Source of the DNA: an uncultured Candidatus Saccharibacteria bacterium
Lineage (GTDB): Bacteria > Patescibacteriota > Minisyncoccia > Phycocordibacterales > CALRHW01
Length of the DNA: 54,008 nucleotides
NCBI GenBank assembly: GCA_964407105.1
Contig: CAYOUG010000001.1
Location: 230,273-284,280, forward strand
Direction of reading: 5' to 3'
Shown here piece by piece: positions 8,958 to 17,061 of this stretch (its first letter is position 1; the number at the start of each line of letters is the position of its first letter). Made by a program: the position numbers and the translations under genes. The notes beneath the pieces were generated by a model that was not told the origin of the DNA, did no database searches, and was given only the letters and a program-made list of their open reading frames with translations.

Positions 8958-9057
8958 AGATCTCCCTATTTCTCCTCCTTGTTCCTCTCTGAGTCGCCAA
9001 CACATCATTTTTGGGTGATAGAGTTCCACCCAGAAATGCTCTGTGTTGGCGATTTTT
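8958..9057 (+). ncRNA. Candidate small RNA (CU-rich 5' half plus long terminator hairpin)
   Basis: TTGACA (8924) N16 TAGGGT upstream; TCTCCCTATTTCTCCTCCTTGTTCCTCTCT then TCGCCAACACA...TGTGTTGGCGA-TTTTT; boundaries approximate. Confidence 0.3.
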
Positions 9058-9093
9058 CTATATATTTTTTTGCTTTTTTTGTATACTGTCGCT

Positions 9094-10011
9094 ATGACAA
9101 CACACATTACTTTAATAACAAAACCTCAAAAAGACTATGAGCTCATAGATTGTGGTGATGGTGAAAAACTCGAACGATACGGGAATTTTTTACTTGCGCG
9201 ACCAGATCCGCAGGCTCTTTGGAATAAAAACAAACCAAAGATGTGGGTTGGTGTTGATGGTGTTTTTATACGAAATGCACAAAAAGCATCTTGGAAAATA
9301 AAAGATGGTGTACCGGAAAGTTGGAAAATAAATCTCGCTGATCTTTTTTTTGTTATTTCTCCCACAGCTTTTAAACACACCGGTGTTTTTCCAGAACAGG
9401 AAAGTAATTGGAGGTGGTTGGGTGAACAAATTGAACAAGAACAAAAGCTGCGCAACAAAAAAAAAGCAACTGATGCAAGTGTCGTTGTGGCGCCCGTCTC
9501 AGTCCTAAATCTTTTTGGATATACTGGAGGCGCTACTTTAGCTTCTGCACGCGCCGGAGCACACGTGGTTCATGTAGATAGTTCAAAAAGCGCAATTTCA
9601 TGGGCGCGAGACAACGCCACAGCTTCCGGCCTTTCTGATAAACCTATTCGTTGGATTTTGGACGATGTGCGAAAATTTGTTGCGCGTGAAATTAAGCGTG
9701 GTAGTCGATATGACGGTATTATTTTAGATCCACCGTCTTTTGGTCACGGTACAAAAAAGGAATTGTGGAAAATTGAAAAAGATTTACAGGAACTTCTTTT
9801 GATGTGTAAAAAAATTCTTTCAGATAAACCGCTTTTTTTTCTTATGAATGGATATGCTGCTGGTTATTCAGCTACTACGTATGGCAACAATATTTCAGAT
9901 ATTATGAAAGATTATGATGGAAAAATGGAAATTGGTGAACTTGCAATTGAAGAATCACAAACGGGGCGTTTGTTGCCGTGTGGTATTTTTGCTCGATGGT
10001 CTAAATTTTAG
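9094..10011 (+). CDS. Class I SAM-dependent methyltransferase (RlmI/COG1092-like, no PUA domain)
   Basis: DCGDGEKLERYG..ARPDPQALW, VLNLFGYTGGAT, HVDSSK, YDGIILDPPSFG. Confidence 0.9.
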   Translation: MTTHITLITKPQKDYELIDCGDGEKLERYGNFLLARPDPQALWNKNKPKMWVGVDGVFIRNAQKASWKIKDGVPESWKINLADLFFVISPTAFKHTGVFPEQESNWRWLGEQIEQEQKLRNKKKATDASVVVAPVSVLNLFGYTGGATLASARAGAHVVHVDSSKSAISWARDNATASGLSDKPIRWILDDVRKFVAREIKRGSRYDGIILDPPSFGHGTKKELWKIEKDLQELLLMCKKILSDKPLFFLMNGYAAGYSATTYGNNISDIMKDYDGKMEIGELAIEESQTGRLLPCGIFARWSKF

Positions 10012-10038
10012 TCATTTTGTGCGTGATATAATAGCTCC

Positions 10039-10545
10039 ATGAGTATTAAAACAGCTATTATTATTTTTGTTGTTGCATGTTTGGTTCTTGTTGGTTCGGT
10101 CACCATGTTTATATTTCGCGTTCCAAAAGAAAATACAGAGTATCGTAGCGCAATGGAGACAACTGTTTCTCAAGAGGTCGCCACTCAGGCACAACAAAAA
10201 GAAAAAGATTTAAACAAAACAACAAAAACAGAAAATATTTCTGCGACAAACAAAGCGTTATGTGCGCAACAAGAAAAAGAAAAAACATTGGCGCAAGGTG
10301 TGGATTATGAAAAGGGATCGATTCTTGTTTCTTTTTCTTTGCAAACAAATTTTGATGAAGCGAAAGCGGTGATAGATGAGTATAAACTTAAGATTGCGGA
10401 GAATGCGGCGGGTACTTTTGCTACGAGCCGATGGTTTCGCGTTATTGTGGAAAAAGAAAAAGAATTTGATTGGATGTGTACATTAAAAGCAGATGTTCGT
10501 GTAAAATATGCCACAATAGATCCGATTTTGTATTTGAATCAATAG
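10039..10545 (+). CDS. Single-TM protein with C-terminal subtilase-prodomain-like fold (tentative)
   Basis: N-terminal TM; GSILVSF...VIVEKEKE...LKADVRVKYATID resembles I9/fervidolysin-type prodomains. Confidence 0.5.
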   Translation: MSIKTAIIIFVVACLVLVGSVTMFIFRVPKENTEYRSAMETTVSQEVATQAQQKEKDLNKTTKTENISATNKALCAQQEKEKTLAQGVDYEKGSILVSFSLQTNFDEAKAVIDEYKLKIAENAAGTFATSRWFRVIVEKEKEFDWMCTLKADVRVKYATIDPILYLNQ

Positions 10546-10590
10546 TTTGAAATATTTGACTCGGTGTTATTTATTTTTACAATATTATAT

Positions 10591-10812
10591 ATGAATATAT
10601 TACGATGCAGTGATGTAACCAATGAACCATGTGATTATGTCGCCGAAGGAGATGATATGGGTGATATTAAAGATGATTTAATGGATCATTTTGCTCAAGA
10701 ACATCGCACACTTTGGGAGATGACTTCGAAAGTTGATCGTGAAGAAATGATGGAGACGATTGAGTCTTTGCTTACTAATCAGACTAAAACAGAAGATGAA
10801 ACAGATAATTAA
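10591..10812 (+). CDS. DUF1059-domain protein
   Basis: MNILRCSDV...CDYVAEG...MDHFAQEH pattern (C, C, H, H). Confidence 0.75.
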   Translation: MNILRCSDVTNEPCDYVAEGDDMGDIKDDLMDHFAQEHRTLWEMTSKVDREEMMETIESLLTNQTKTEDETDN

Positions 10813-11251
10813 TGAATTTAAGATTTTTGCATTAAGGGGTAATGTAATTGATCTTGCGATTGGTATTATTGTTGGTGCAGGATTTGGTCAAATTGTAAAC
10901 TCACTTGTGTACGACATTATTATGCCGCCAATAGGTTTTTTGCTTGGTAAGGTAGATTTTTCTGGGTTGTATATAAATTTGAGCCGCGCCGAATACGATA
11001 GTCTTGCTGCCGCGAAAGCTGCCGGCGCGGCGACCATAAATTATGGCGCATTCATTAACACGTGTATTAGTTTTATAATCACAGCTTTTGTAGTATTTGT
11101 TGTGATTCGAATGATTAATAAAATGAAAAATACACACAAGGAAATGGAGCACGTTCTTCCAAATACAAAAATTTGTACATTTTGTACTAATAATATTCCT
11201 CTTCATGCTACACGTTGTCCGTTTTGTACGTCTATGCTTGAGAATAAATGA
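10796..11251 (+). CDS. mscL: Large-conductance mechanosensitive channel with C-terminal Cys4 ribbon
   Basis: [44 protein letters not shown]; tail CTFC...RCPFC. Confidence 0.95.
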   Translation: MKQIINEFKIFALRGNVIDLAIGIIVGAGFGQIVNSLVYDIIMPPIGFLLGKVDFSGLYINLSRAEYDSLAAAKAAGAATINYGAFINTCISFIITAFVVFVVIRMINKMKNTHKEMEHVLPNTKICTFCTNNIPLHATRCPFCTSMLENK

Positions 11252-11901
11252 TTATGCGTAAATCCCCATTATTTATTTTTTCTTTTTTGTTGTTTGTTTG
11301 TTGCGTCATGTTGGGTTATTTTATTTTGCACAACGGCACATTTGTTGTTGATACCCGTGTCGAATCTTTTGTTTTAAGTATTCGGTCTGATGCACTCACA
11401 AATATAATGTTTTTTGCTACTGCACTTGGTGGGCCGTATGTTTTGTCTTTTATAACAATTATTGTTTCAGTTGTGTTTATTGTAAGGCGGCATATTACAT
11501 ATGCCGCCATCTTCGTTTCTTCACTTGCTCTCGGTGTGATGTCAAATCTTATATTGAAATCTTTTTTAAAGATAAACAGACCACCAGACGGAGTTGTTGA
11601 TGTTTTTGGTTGGAGTTATCCAAGCGGGCACACCACAATGGCAACAATAATTTTTTTACTCATTGCGCTTTTTGTGGCACATAAAATTGGTGGAATTTAT
11701 AAAGATGATATGGTGTGGCATAGAAGGTGGTTTGGAATTTTTGCAGGAATTATAGCTTTTATTTTAATAATTCTTGTGGCTTCAAGCAGAGTATATCTGA
11801 GTGCTCATTTTTTAAGTGATGTTGTGGGTGGAATTTGTCTTGGTTTGAGTGTTGTTTTTCTTGCTGTTGCGGTTTTACGGAATTTGCAAAAAACAAAATA
11901 G
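11248..11901 (+). CDS. PAP2-family membrane phosphatase
   Basis: [24 protein letters not shown] motifs. Confidence 0.92.
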   Translation: MIMRKSPLFIFSFLLFVCCVMLGYFILHNGTFVVDTRVESFVLSIRSDALTNIMFFATALGGPYVLSFITIIVSVVFIVRRHITYAAIFVSSLALGVMSNLILKSFLKINRPPDGVVDVFGWSYPSGHTTMATIIFLLIALFVAHKIGGIYKDDMVWHRRWFGIFAGIIAFILIILVASSRVYLSAHFLSDVVGGICLGLSVVFLAVAVLRNLQKTK

Positions 11902-11916
11902 TGATACCATAGCCGC

Positions 11917-12729
11917 ATGGCTATATTACTAAATGGAAAAGTGGCTCGCGACAGTCTCACAAAAGAGCTTGTTTTTTCAATACAAAAACTTTCATACAAA
12001 CCACACCTCGCCATTATTCAGATTGGTGATAAAAAAGAATCTAATACATACATTCGTCAAAAAAAGATTTTTGGTGAAAAAATTGGTGCACAAATTTCAC
12101 ACATCATTTTTCCTGTTGATGTTTCTCTAAAAGAGGTGACTGATAAAATTACACATCTCAACACAGATCCATGTGTGCACGGTATTATTGTGCAACTTCC
12201 GTTACCAGAAAACTTTTCTAAGTCTAAAATAATTGAAACAATTACGCCCCAAAAAGATGTAGACGGACTAACTTCGTCACACATTCATACACCGGCGACC
12301 GCAAGAGGTATCATTTCTCTTCTTGATTTTTATAATATTAAAATTGACGGCAAGAAAGTGGTTGTGGTGGGGCGTTCGGATTTGGTGGGTAAACCCACAG
12401 CTTTGGCACTTCAAAAACGCAGAGCGATGGTCACCATATGTCATAGCGGTACTTTAGATCTTGTTTCAGAAACCAAACAAGCGGAAATTATTGTTGTTGC
12501 TGTTGGTAGACCAAATCTTATTACAGCCAAACATGTCTCTGGGGGACAGGTGATTGTGGATGTTGGAATAAATACTATGGAAGATTCAAAAATAACAGGT
12601 GACGTTGCGTTCAATGAAGTAGAGCCAATAGTGCAATCTATTTCTCCAGTTCCCGGTGGTGTGGGTCCTATGACCGTTTTATCTCTTTTCCAAAATTTGC
12701 TCGATGCGTGTATGATACAGGTGGAGTAA
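11917..12729 (+). CDS. folD: Bifunctional methylene-THF dehydrogenase/cyclohydrolase
   Basis: YIRQK, HGIIVQLPLP, KDVDG, VVVGRSDLVGKP, SPVPGGVGPMT. Confidence 0.96.
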   Translation: MAILLNGKVARDSLTKELVFSIQKLSYKPHLAIIQIGDKKESNTYIRQKKIFGEKIGAQISHIIFPVDVSLKEVTDKITHLNTDPCVHGIIVQLPLPENFSKSKIIETITPQKDVDGLTSSHIHTPATARGIISLLDFYNIKIDGKKVVVVGRSDLVGKPTALALQKRRAMVTICHSGTLDLVSETKQAEIIVVAVGRPNLITAKHVSGGQVIVDVGINTMEDSKITGDVAFNEVEPIVQSISPVPGGVGPMTVLSLFQNLLDACMIQVE

Positions 12730-12803
12730 AAAGCTGTGTAATGTTTATAAGGAATTGTCCGTCTTATATCATGAACATACATTATTAATATTTTTATATA
12801 AAC

Positions 12804-13604
12804 ATGTTTAACAACGATACTGTAGAGGGGAAAAGAATAAATAAAATTTTGGTAATTCTTGGGGTTGTGCTTATTGTTTTTTTGGTGATGCGCATCTTCG
12901 GTGGCTTTGGTTGGCGTGATCATATGAATTTTGCGGGTGAAATAAAAAACACAATTTCTGTGTCTGGTACGGGTGAGGTTGTGGCTATTCCAGACATTGC
13001 TACGGTGAGTTTTGCTGTAGTAGAGCAAGCAAAAAGCGTTGCTGAAGCACAAACCTTAGTAACCAAAAAAATGGATTCAGTACTTTCTGCAATCAAAAAA
13101 CTTGGTATTGAAGACAAGGATATAAAGACGGCAGATTATAGTGCATATCCTCGTTATGAATATTTCAATCAGCCATGTACTCAATACAGCTGTCCTCCTA
13201 GTCGTCAAACAGTAACGGGTTATGAGGTGCGACAAAGTGTGTTTGTAAAAATTCGAAAAATAGAAGACGCTGGAAAAGTTCTTGGTAATGTTGGTGAAGC
13301 GGGAGTTTCAGATATAAGTGGTATTGATTTTGTTGTTGATAATCAAGAAGCAAAAACACGTGAAGCGCGACAGATTGCTATTACAGATGCAAAAGAACAA
13401 GCAAAACAACTAGCAAAAGATCTTGGAGTAAAGCTTGGAGACATTGTAAGTTTTAGCGAAACAGGAAATTATCCCCAGCCTATTTATATGAAAGGAGTAG
13501 CTATGGGCCTTGGTGGTTCTGCTGATTCAGTTTCTACTCCACAGATTCCAACAGGGGAGAACAAGATTGTTTCCAATGTGATGATTGTGTATGAGATAAA
13601 ATAA
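12804..13604 (+). CDS. SIMPL (DUF541) domain protein
   Basis: TISVSGTGEVVAIPDIA, AREARQIAITDAKEQAKQLAKDLGVKLG, IPTGENKIVSNV. Confidence 0.92.
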   Translation: MFNNDTVEGKRINKILVILGVVLIVFLVMRIFGGFGWRDHMNFAGEIKNTISVSGTGEVVAIPDIATVSFAVVEQAKSVAEAQTLVTKKMDSVLSAIKKLGIEDKDIKTADYSAYPRYEYFNQPCTQYSCPPSRQTVTGYEVRQSVFVKIRKIEDAGKVLGNVGEAGVSDISGIDFVVDNQEAKTREARQIAITDAKEQAKQLAKDLGVKLGDIVSFSETGNYPQPIYMKGVAMGLGGSADSVSTPQIPTGENKIVSNVMIVYEIK

Positions 13605-13615
13605 ATAGAAGTCTT

Positions 13616-13732
13616 AGCACATAAAACAAAATAGCTCTGGAAGGGTACGGAATTTTTACAAGCTGAAATTCCTGAAGCTCTCGCGCCGTCGCGCTCGAGA
13701 CCCCCTTCCAGAGCTATTTTGTTTTATGTGCT
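13616..13732 (-). repeat. Palindromic dispersed element, copy 1 (63-bp variant core in 27-bp perfect IR)
   Basis: AGCACATAAAACAAAATAGCTCTGGAA [core 13643-13705] TTCCAGAGCTATTTTGTTTTATGTGCT. Confidence 0.93.
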
Positions 13733-13763
13733 GTATCACCACTTTTTCGCTATACATTTCTGC

Positions 13764-13792
13764 TTGACTTATACACAATAATATGCTATTAT
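13764..13792 (+). promoter_or_regulatory. Sigma70-type promoter of ORFan 13878
   Basis: TTGACT-N17-TATTAT with TGn extension. Confidence 0.65.
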
Positions 13793-13877
13793 TAAATAAG
13801 AAATCGCTGGTTACTCTGGGGTTCCTAGAGTGGCGAAAAAGAATCTCTTCTGGTTGCGCAAGCGACAAGGAGCAGTC

Positions 13878-14381
13878 ATGCTTGATCTTTGTCTTGAATC
13901 GTTGCCAATTTATTCTCTCGTGCCCCCTACTGGAACAGAATTACCAAAGTCTGAGTGGTCTCAGTGGAAGTGGGTCAAGATGTCTGATCTTGTTGCGGCA
14001 GCGCAACAGCTTCAGCCCGAAAGGAATTGGGAAGCAAAAACTCTCGGTCAGGCCTTCGAAAGTATCAACAAGTCATCAAGTTTCTGGTACTTTCATGAGG
14101 GAAGCGCTCAGCCCGTGTTTGCTGATATTGTGATATCAGATCACAACCGCCCTCGTCGTGGCCATTGGAGTTGGTGGGGAAGTTGGACTTGGGGGGAAAG
14201 AATTCCCTTCGCAAGCCCCAACCTCTTGGTGCCTAGCGTCTGGGCAGAGCACGTGCTAACTCTCGTTAAGTGGGGAGCGGTCGAGATCGTTGTTGAGGAT
14301 ACTGGTGTGGCGCATTTCAACGTACGTGCCATCAACGGTCAGGGAGGACGCGGCAGCGTGCACGACATTCTCAAGAAGTAG
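13878..14381 (+). CDS. Trp-rich hypothetical protein (ORFan)
   Basis: ORF 13830..14381; start placed at ATG 13878 behind AAGGAG; own promoter and terminator. Confidence 0.6.
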   Translation: MLDLCLESLPIYSLVPPTGTELPKSEWSQWKWVKMSDLVAAAQQLQPERNWEAKTLGQAFESINKSSSFWYFHEGSAQPVFADIVISDHNRPRRGHWSWWGSWTWGERIPFASPNLLVPSVWAEHVLTLVKWGAVEIVVEDTGVAHFNVRAINGQGGRGSVHDILKK

Positions 14382-14390
14382 GATACACAT

Positions 14391-14436
14391 CCGCCTCAGT
14401 ACAGAAGACCGCTTCTGTACGGGGCGGTTTTCTTTT
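14391..14436 (+). terminator. Intrinsic terminator
   Basis: CCGCCTC-AGTACAGAAG...CTTCTGTAC-GGGGCGG-TTTT. Confidence 0.8.
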
Positions 14437-14524
14437 GTTTCAATTTACTATTGACACCACGTAAAAAAAGAGTATTATTGTTTTTGTTAGCGCCCTCGGG
14501 CGTTTTTTAGTAACCAAAAAAACT

Positions 14525-14704
14525 ATGAAAATTATTGATTACATCAAGGATACACGAGGAGAACTCAAGCATGTAAGCTGGCCGACACGTCGTCAAACTA
14601 TTATTTTTACTGCTATTGTGATCTTTATTTCTATTGCGACGGCACTTTTTTTAGGTTTTTTTGATTTTATCTTTACTCAAATATTACAAAAGTTTGTCAT
14701 CTAA
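14525..14704 (+). CDS. secE: Preprotein translocase subunit SecE (missing from ORF track, 59 aa)
   Basis: Manual translation MKIIDYIKDTRGELKHVSWPTRRQTIIFTAIVI...GFFDFIF; immediately upstream of nusG. Confidence 0.95.
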   Translation: MKIIDYIKDTRGELKHVSWPTRRQTIIFTAIVIFISIATALFLGFFDFIFTQILQKFVI

Positions 14705-14725
14705 ATTATTTTATATTTTAAAATT

Positions 14726-15271
14726 ATGGCACGACAAAAAATAGAGGAGGGCCGAAATTGGTATGTGATTCACACATACGCAGGATACGAAAATGCGGTG
14801 ATGCGAAACCTCAAACAACGCATCGAGTCTTTGGGCATGGAAGACAAAATTTTTAATGTTATCGTTCCTACCGAAAAGAAAATTAAAATTAAAGGGGGCA
14901 AGCGAGTAGAAGAAGAAGAGAAAATTTATCCAGGATACATTCTTGTGGATATGCTTGTAACAGACGACTCATGGTATGTCGTGCGAAACACTCCTCGCGT
15001 AACAGGCTTCGTGGGCTCCGGTGTGTATCCTGTACCTATTGATAAAAAAGAAGTTGAAGATCTTTTTAAACGAATGAATGCAGATACTGCAAAACACAAT
15101 ATCGATCTTTCTACCGAAGATACAGTGAAAATTGTAGACGGCCCATTTAAAGATCTTGAAGGAAAGGTAAGTGCAGTGGATAACGAACGTGGCAAGGTAA
15201 AGGTACTTGTGGCTATGTTTGGTCGCGAAACTCCAGTCGAGCTCGATTTCTTGCAAGTAAAGAAGATTTAA
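14726..15271 (+). CDS. nusG: Transcription termination/antitermination factor NusG
   Basis: WYVIHTYAGYE, KIYPGYILV, VVRNTPRVTGFVG, KOW VKIVDGPF, MFGRETPVEL. Confidence 0.98.
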   Translation: MARQKIEEGRNWYVIHTYAGYENAVMRNLKQRIESLGMEDKIFNVIVPTEKKIKIKGGKRVEEEEKIYPGYILVDMLVTDDSWYVVRNTPRVTGFVGSGVYPVPIDKKEVEDLFKRMNADTAKHNIDLSTEDTVKIVDGPFKDLEGKVSAVDNERGKVKVLVAMFGRETPVELDFLQVKKI

Positions 15272-15290
15272 GGTAAGGTAATTCACACAT

Positions 15291-15716
15291 ATGGCAAAGA
15301 AAATAACCAAAAAACTAAAGCTCGTTATTCCAGCAGGTAAAGCAAATCCAGCACCTCCAGTGGGTCCTGCGCTCGGACAAGCCGGTGTAAATATCGGAGA
15401 GTTTGTTAAGCGTTTTAATGATGAGACAAAAGACAAAATGGGAGACGTAATCCCAGTTGAGATTTCAGTATACGAAGACCGAACATTCTCTTTTGTTCTA
15501 AAAACTCCTCCAGCTACAAATCTTATCCTCAAAGCAATCGGTATTGAAAAAGGTTCTGGAACAAACAAAGCTAAAAAAGCCGGAAAAATCTCTAAGGCAA
15601 AAATTCGAGAGATCGCAGAAAAGAAAATGGTTGATCTTAATGCTCATGATGTGGAGGCGGCAATGAAAATTATTGCTGGGTCTGCACGGTCAATGGGTGT
15701 GGAGGTTGTTGACTAG
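15291..15716 (+). CDS. rplK: 50S ribosomal protein L11
   Basis: [36 protein letters not shown]. Confidence 0.98.
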   Translation: MAKKITKKLKLVIPAGKANPAPPVGPALGQAGVNIGEFVKRFNDETKDKMGDVIPVEISVYEDRTFSFVLKTPPATNLILKAIGIEKGSGTNKAKKAGKISKAKIREIAEKKMVDLNAHDVEAAMKIIAGSARSMGVEVVD

Positions 15717-15723
15717 GTGAAGT

Positions 15724-15840
15724 ACAAAACTCCTGTGCTATATTCCGAAAACCACGCGTCAATCGCTGGTGCGATTGCTGCTACGCTCGGCGCCGTCGCG
15801 CCTGCGCGATGCTTTTCGTAACATAGCACAGGAGTTTTGT
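15724..15840. repeat. Palindromic element, related type (18-bp perfect IR around multi-hairpin GC core)
   Basis: ACAAAACTCCTGTGCTAT...ATAGCACAGGAGTTTTGT enclosing CAATCGC-TGGT-GCGATTG and GGCGC-CGTC-GCGCC; between convergent rplK and dfr. Confidence 0.85.
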
Positions 15841-15841
15841 T

Positions 15842-16363
15842 TTACCTGCTTAAATCTACCCACAAATAACTCGGTGAAGATTCTGGGTGATCTTCTCGCC
15901 AGATTTCTTTTTTAAACTCTGCATAATCTGGGAAAAAGGCGTCGGCTTCTTTGTCGCCATCAATGAGAGTGAGATGGAGAACGTCCGCAAAAGGGAGCGC
16001 TTGATTGTAAATTTCCGCGCCACCGATGATAAAAATTTTTTGCTCGGCACCATCATTTTTTTCTTCAGCATGTTGCGTTTCAATACTTCGCGCTCGATCA
16101 AGTGCGTCTTCAAGTGACGTCGTTACAACACACCCCGGCGCCGCATAGTCTGCATTTCTAGTGATAACAATATTTGTGCGGTTGGGAAGCGGGCAGCCAA
16201 TAGATTCGTATGTTTTGCGTCCCATGATAATAGGGTGTCCGGTAGTGAGCGCTTTAAAACGCTTTAAATCCTCCGGAATTTTCCAGAGTAATTCATTGTG
16301 AAAACCAAGTCCTCGATTGTTTTTTTGAATAGCGGCAATAATATGAATTTTTGGCAATGACAT
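15842..16363 (-). CDS. folA: Dihydrofolate reductase
   Basis: GLGFHNELLWKIPEDLKRFK, IIMGRKTYESIG..LPNRTNIVITR, IFIIGGAEIY; start 16363 (alt. 16405). Confidence 0.96.
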   Translation of the reverse strand: MSLPKIHIIAAIQKNNRGLGFHNELLWKIPEDLKRFKALTTGHPIIMGRKTYESIGCPLPNRTNIVITRNADYAAPGCVVTTSLEDALDRARSIETQHAEEKNDGAEQKIFIIGGAEIYNQALPFADVLHLTLIDGDKEADAFFPDYAEFKKEIWREDHPESSPSYLWVDLSR

Positions 16364-16437
16364 TTTTGGTTTTGGTTGTAATTTGACCCACCGTAACCCC
16401 TTCATTATACTTAGGGCAATTAATAAAACCAAACCGC

Positions 16438-17031
16438 ATGTCGCATATTCTTGTAAAAAAAATTCTTGGTCCAGAGACACATTTAAAAGAGCGTTTTATT
16501 CCGGATTTTTCTACACTTTCAAAAATACTCGCCGATCTTCGAAAACAGGGAAAGAAAATTGTGCTCACGCAAGGTGTGTATGATCTCATTCACGAAGGTC
16601 ACGCACTGTATTTAGAAAAAGCAAAAGCATACGGTGATGTGCTTGTGGTGGGCGTGGATTCAGATGAGCTCACACGTGCTCGCAAGGGTCCAAACAGACC
16701 AATAGTGCCGGAGTCGGAGCGTGTCAAAATGCTTGTGCATTTGCGTCACGTAGATATTGTGACGATTCGCGAACTTAAACATGATCTTGGCGACCTCATT
16801 CGTCTGGTGAAGCCGGATGTGCTCATTACATCTTTTAGTACTGCAGATTTTACGACTGAAATGAAAAAAATGTACAAAGATTATTGCAAAAAAATTGTGA
16901 CACTTGCGCCACAGGCCACCACGTCTACCACTGCGCGCATTCGCAATCTCACGATAGAAGGTGCCGAAGAGCTTGCAAAAGAAGTACTCAAACTTACCAA
17001 CGGTTTTTTGAAAAAAATTAGAAAGATGTAA
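16438..17031 (+). CDS. Cytidylyl/adenylyltransferase family protein (RfaE-II/TagD-like)
   Basis: QGVYDLIHEGH (HxGH), LVVGVDSD, KGPNRP, C-terminal TSTT. Confidence 0.9.
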   Translation: MSHILVKKILGPETHLKERFIPDFSTLSKILADLRKQGKKIVLTQGVYDLIHEGHALYLEKAKAYGDVLVVGVDSDELTRARKGPNRPIVPESERVKMLVHLRHVDIVTIRELKHDLGDLIRLVKPDVLITSFSTADFTTEMKKMYKDYCKKIVTLAPQATTSTTARIRNLTIEGAEELAKEVLKLTNGFLKKIRKM

Positions 17032-17061
17032 CGCGGAGTAATAATTGCGAAGAATAATATA

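Noticed and set aside
15842-16480. Long N-terminal extension on DHFR overlapping the transferase gene
   Set aside because: Upstream in-frame start is an artefact; the DHFR fold begins at MSLPKIHII (16363)
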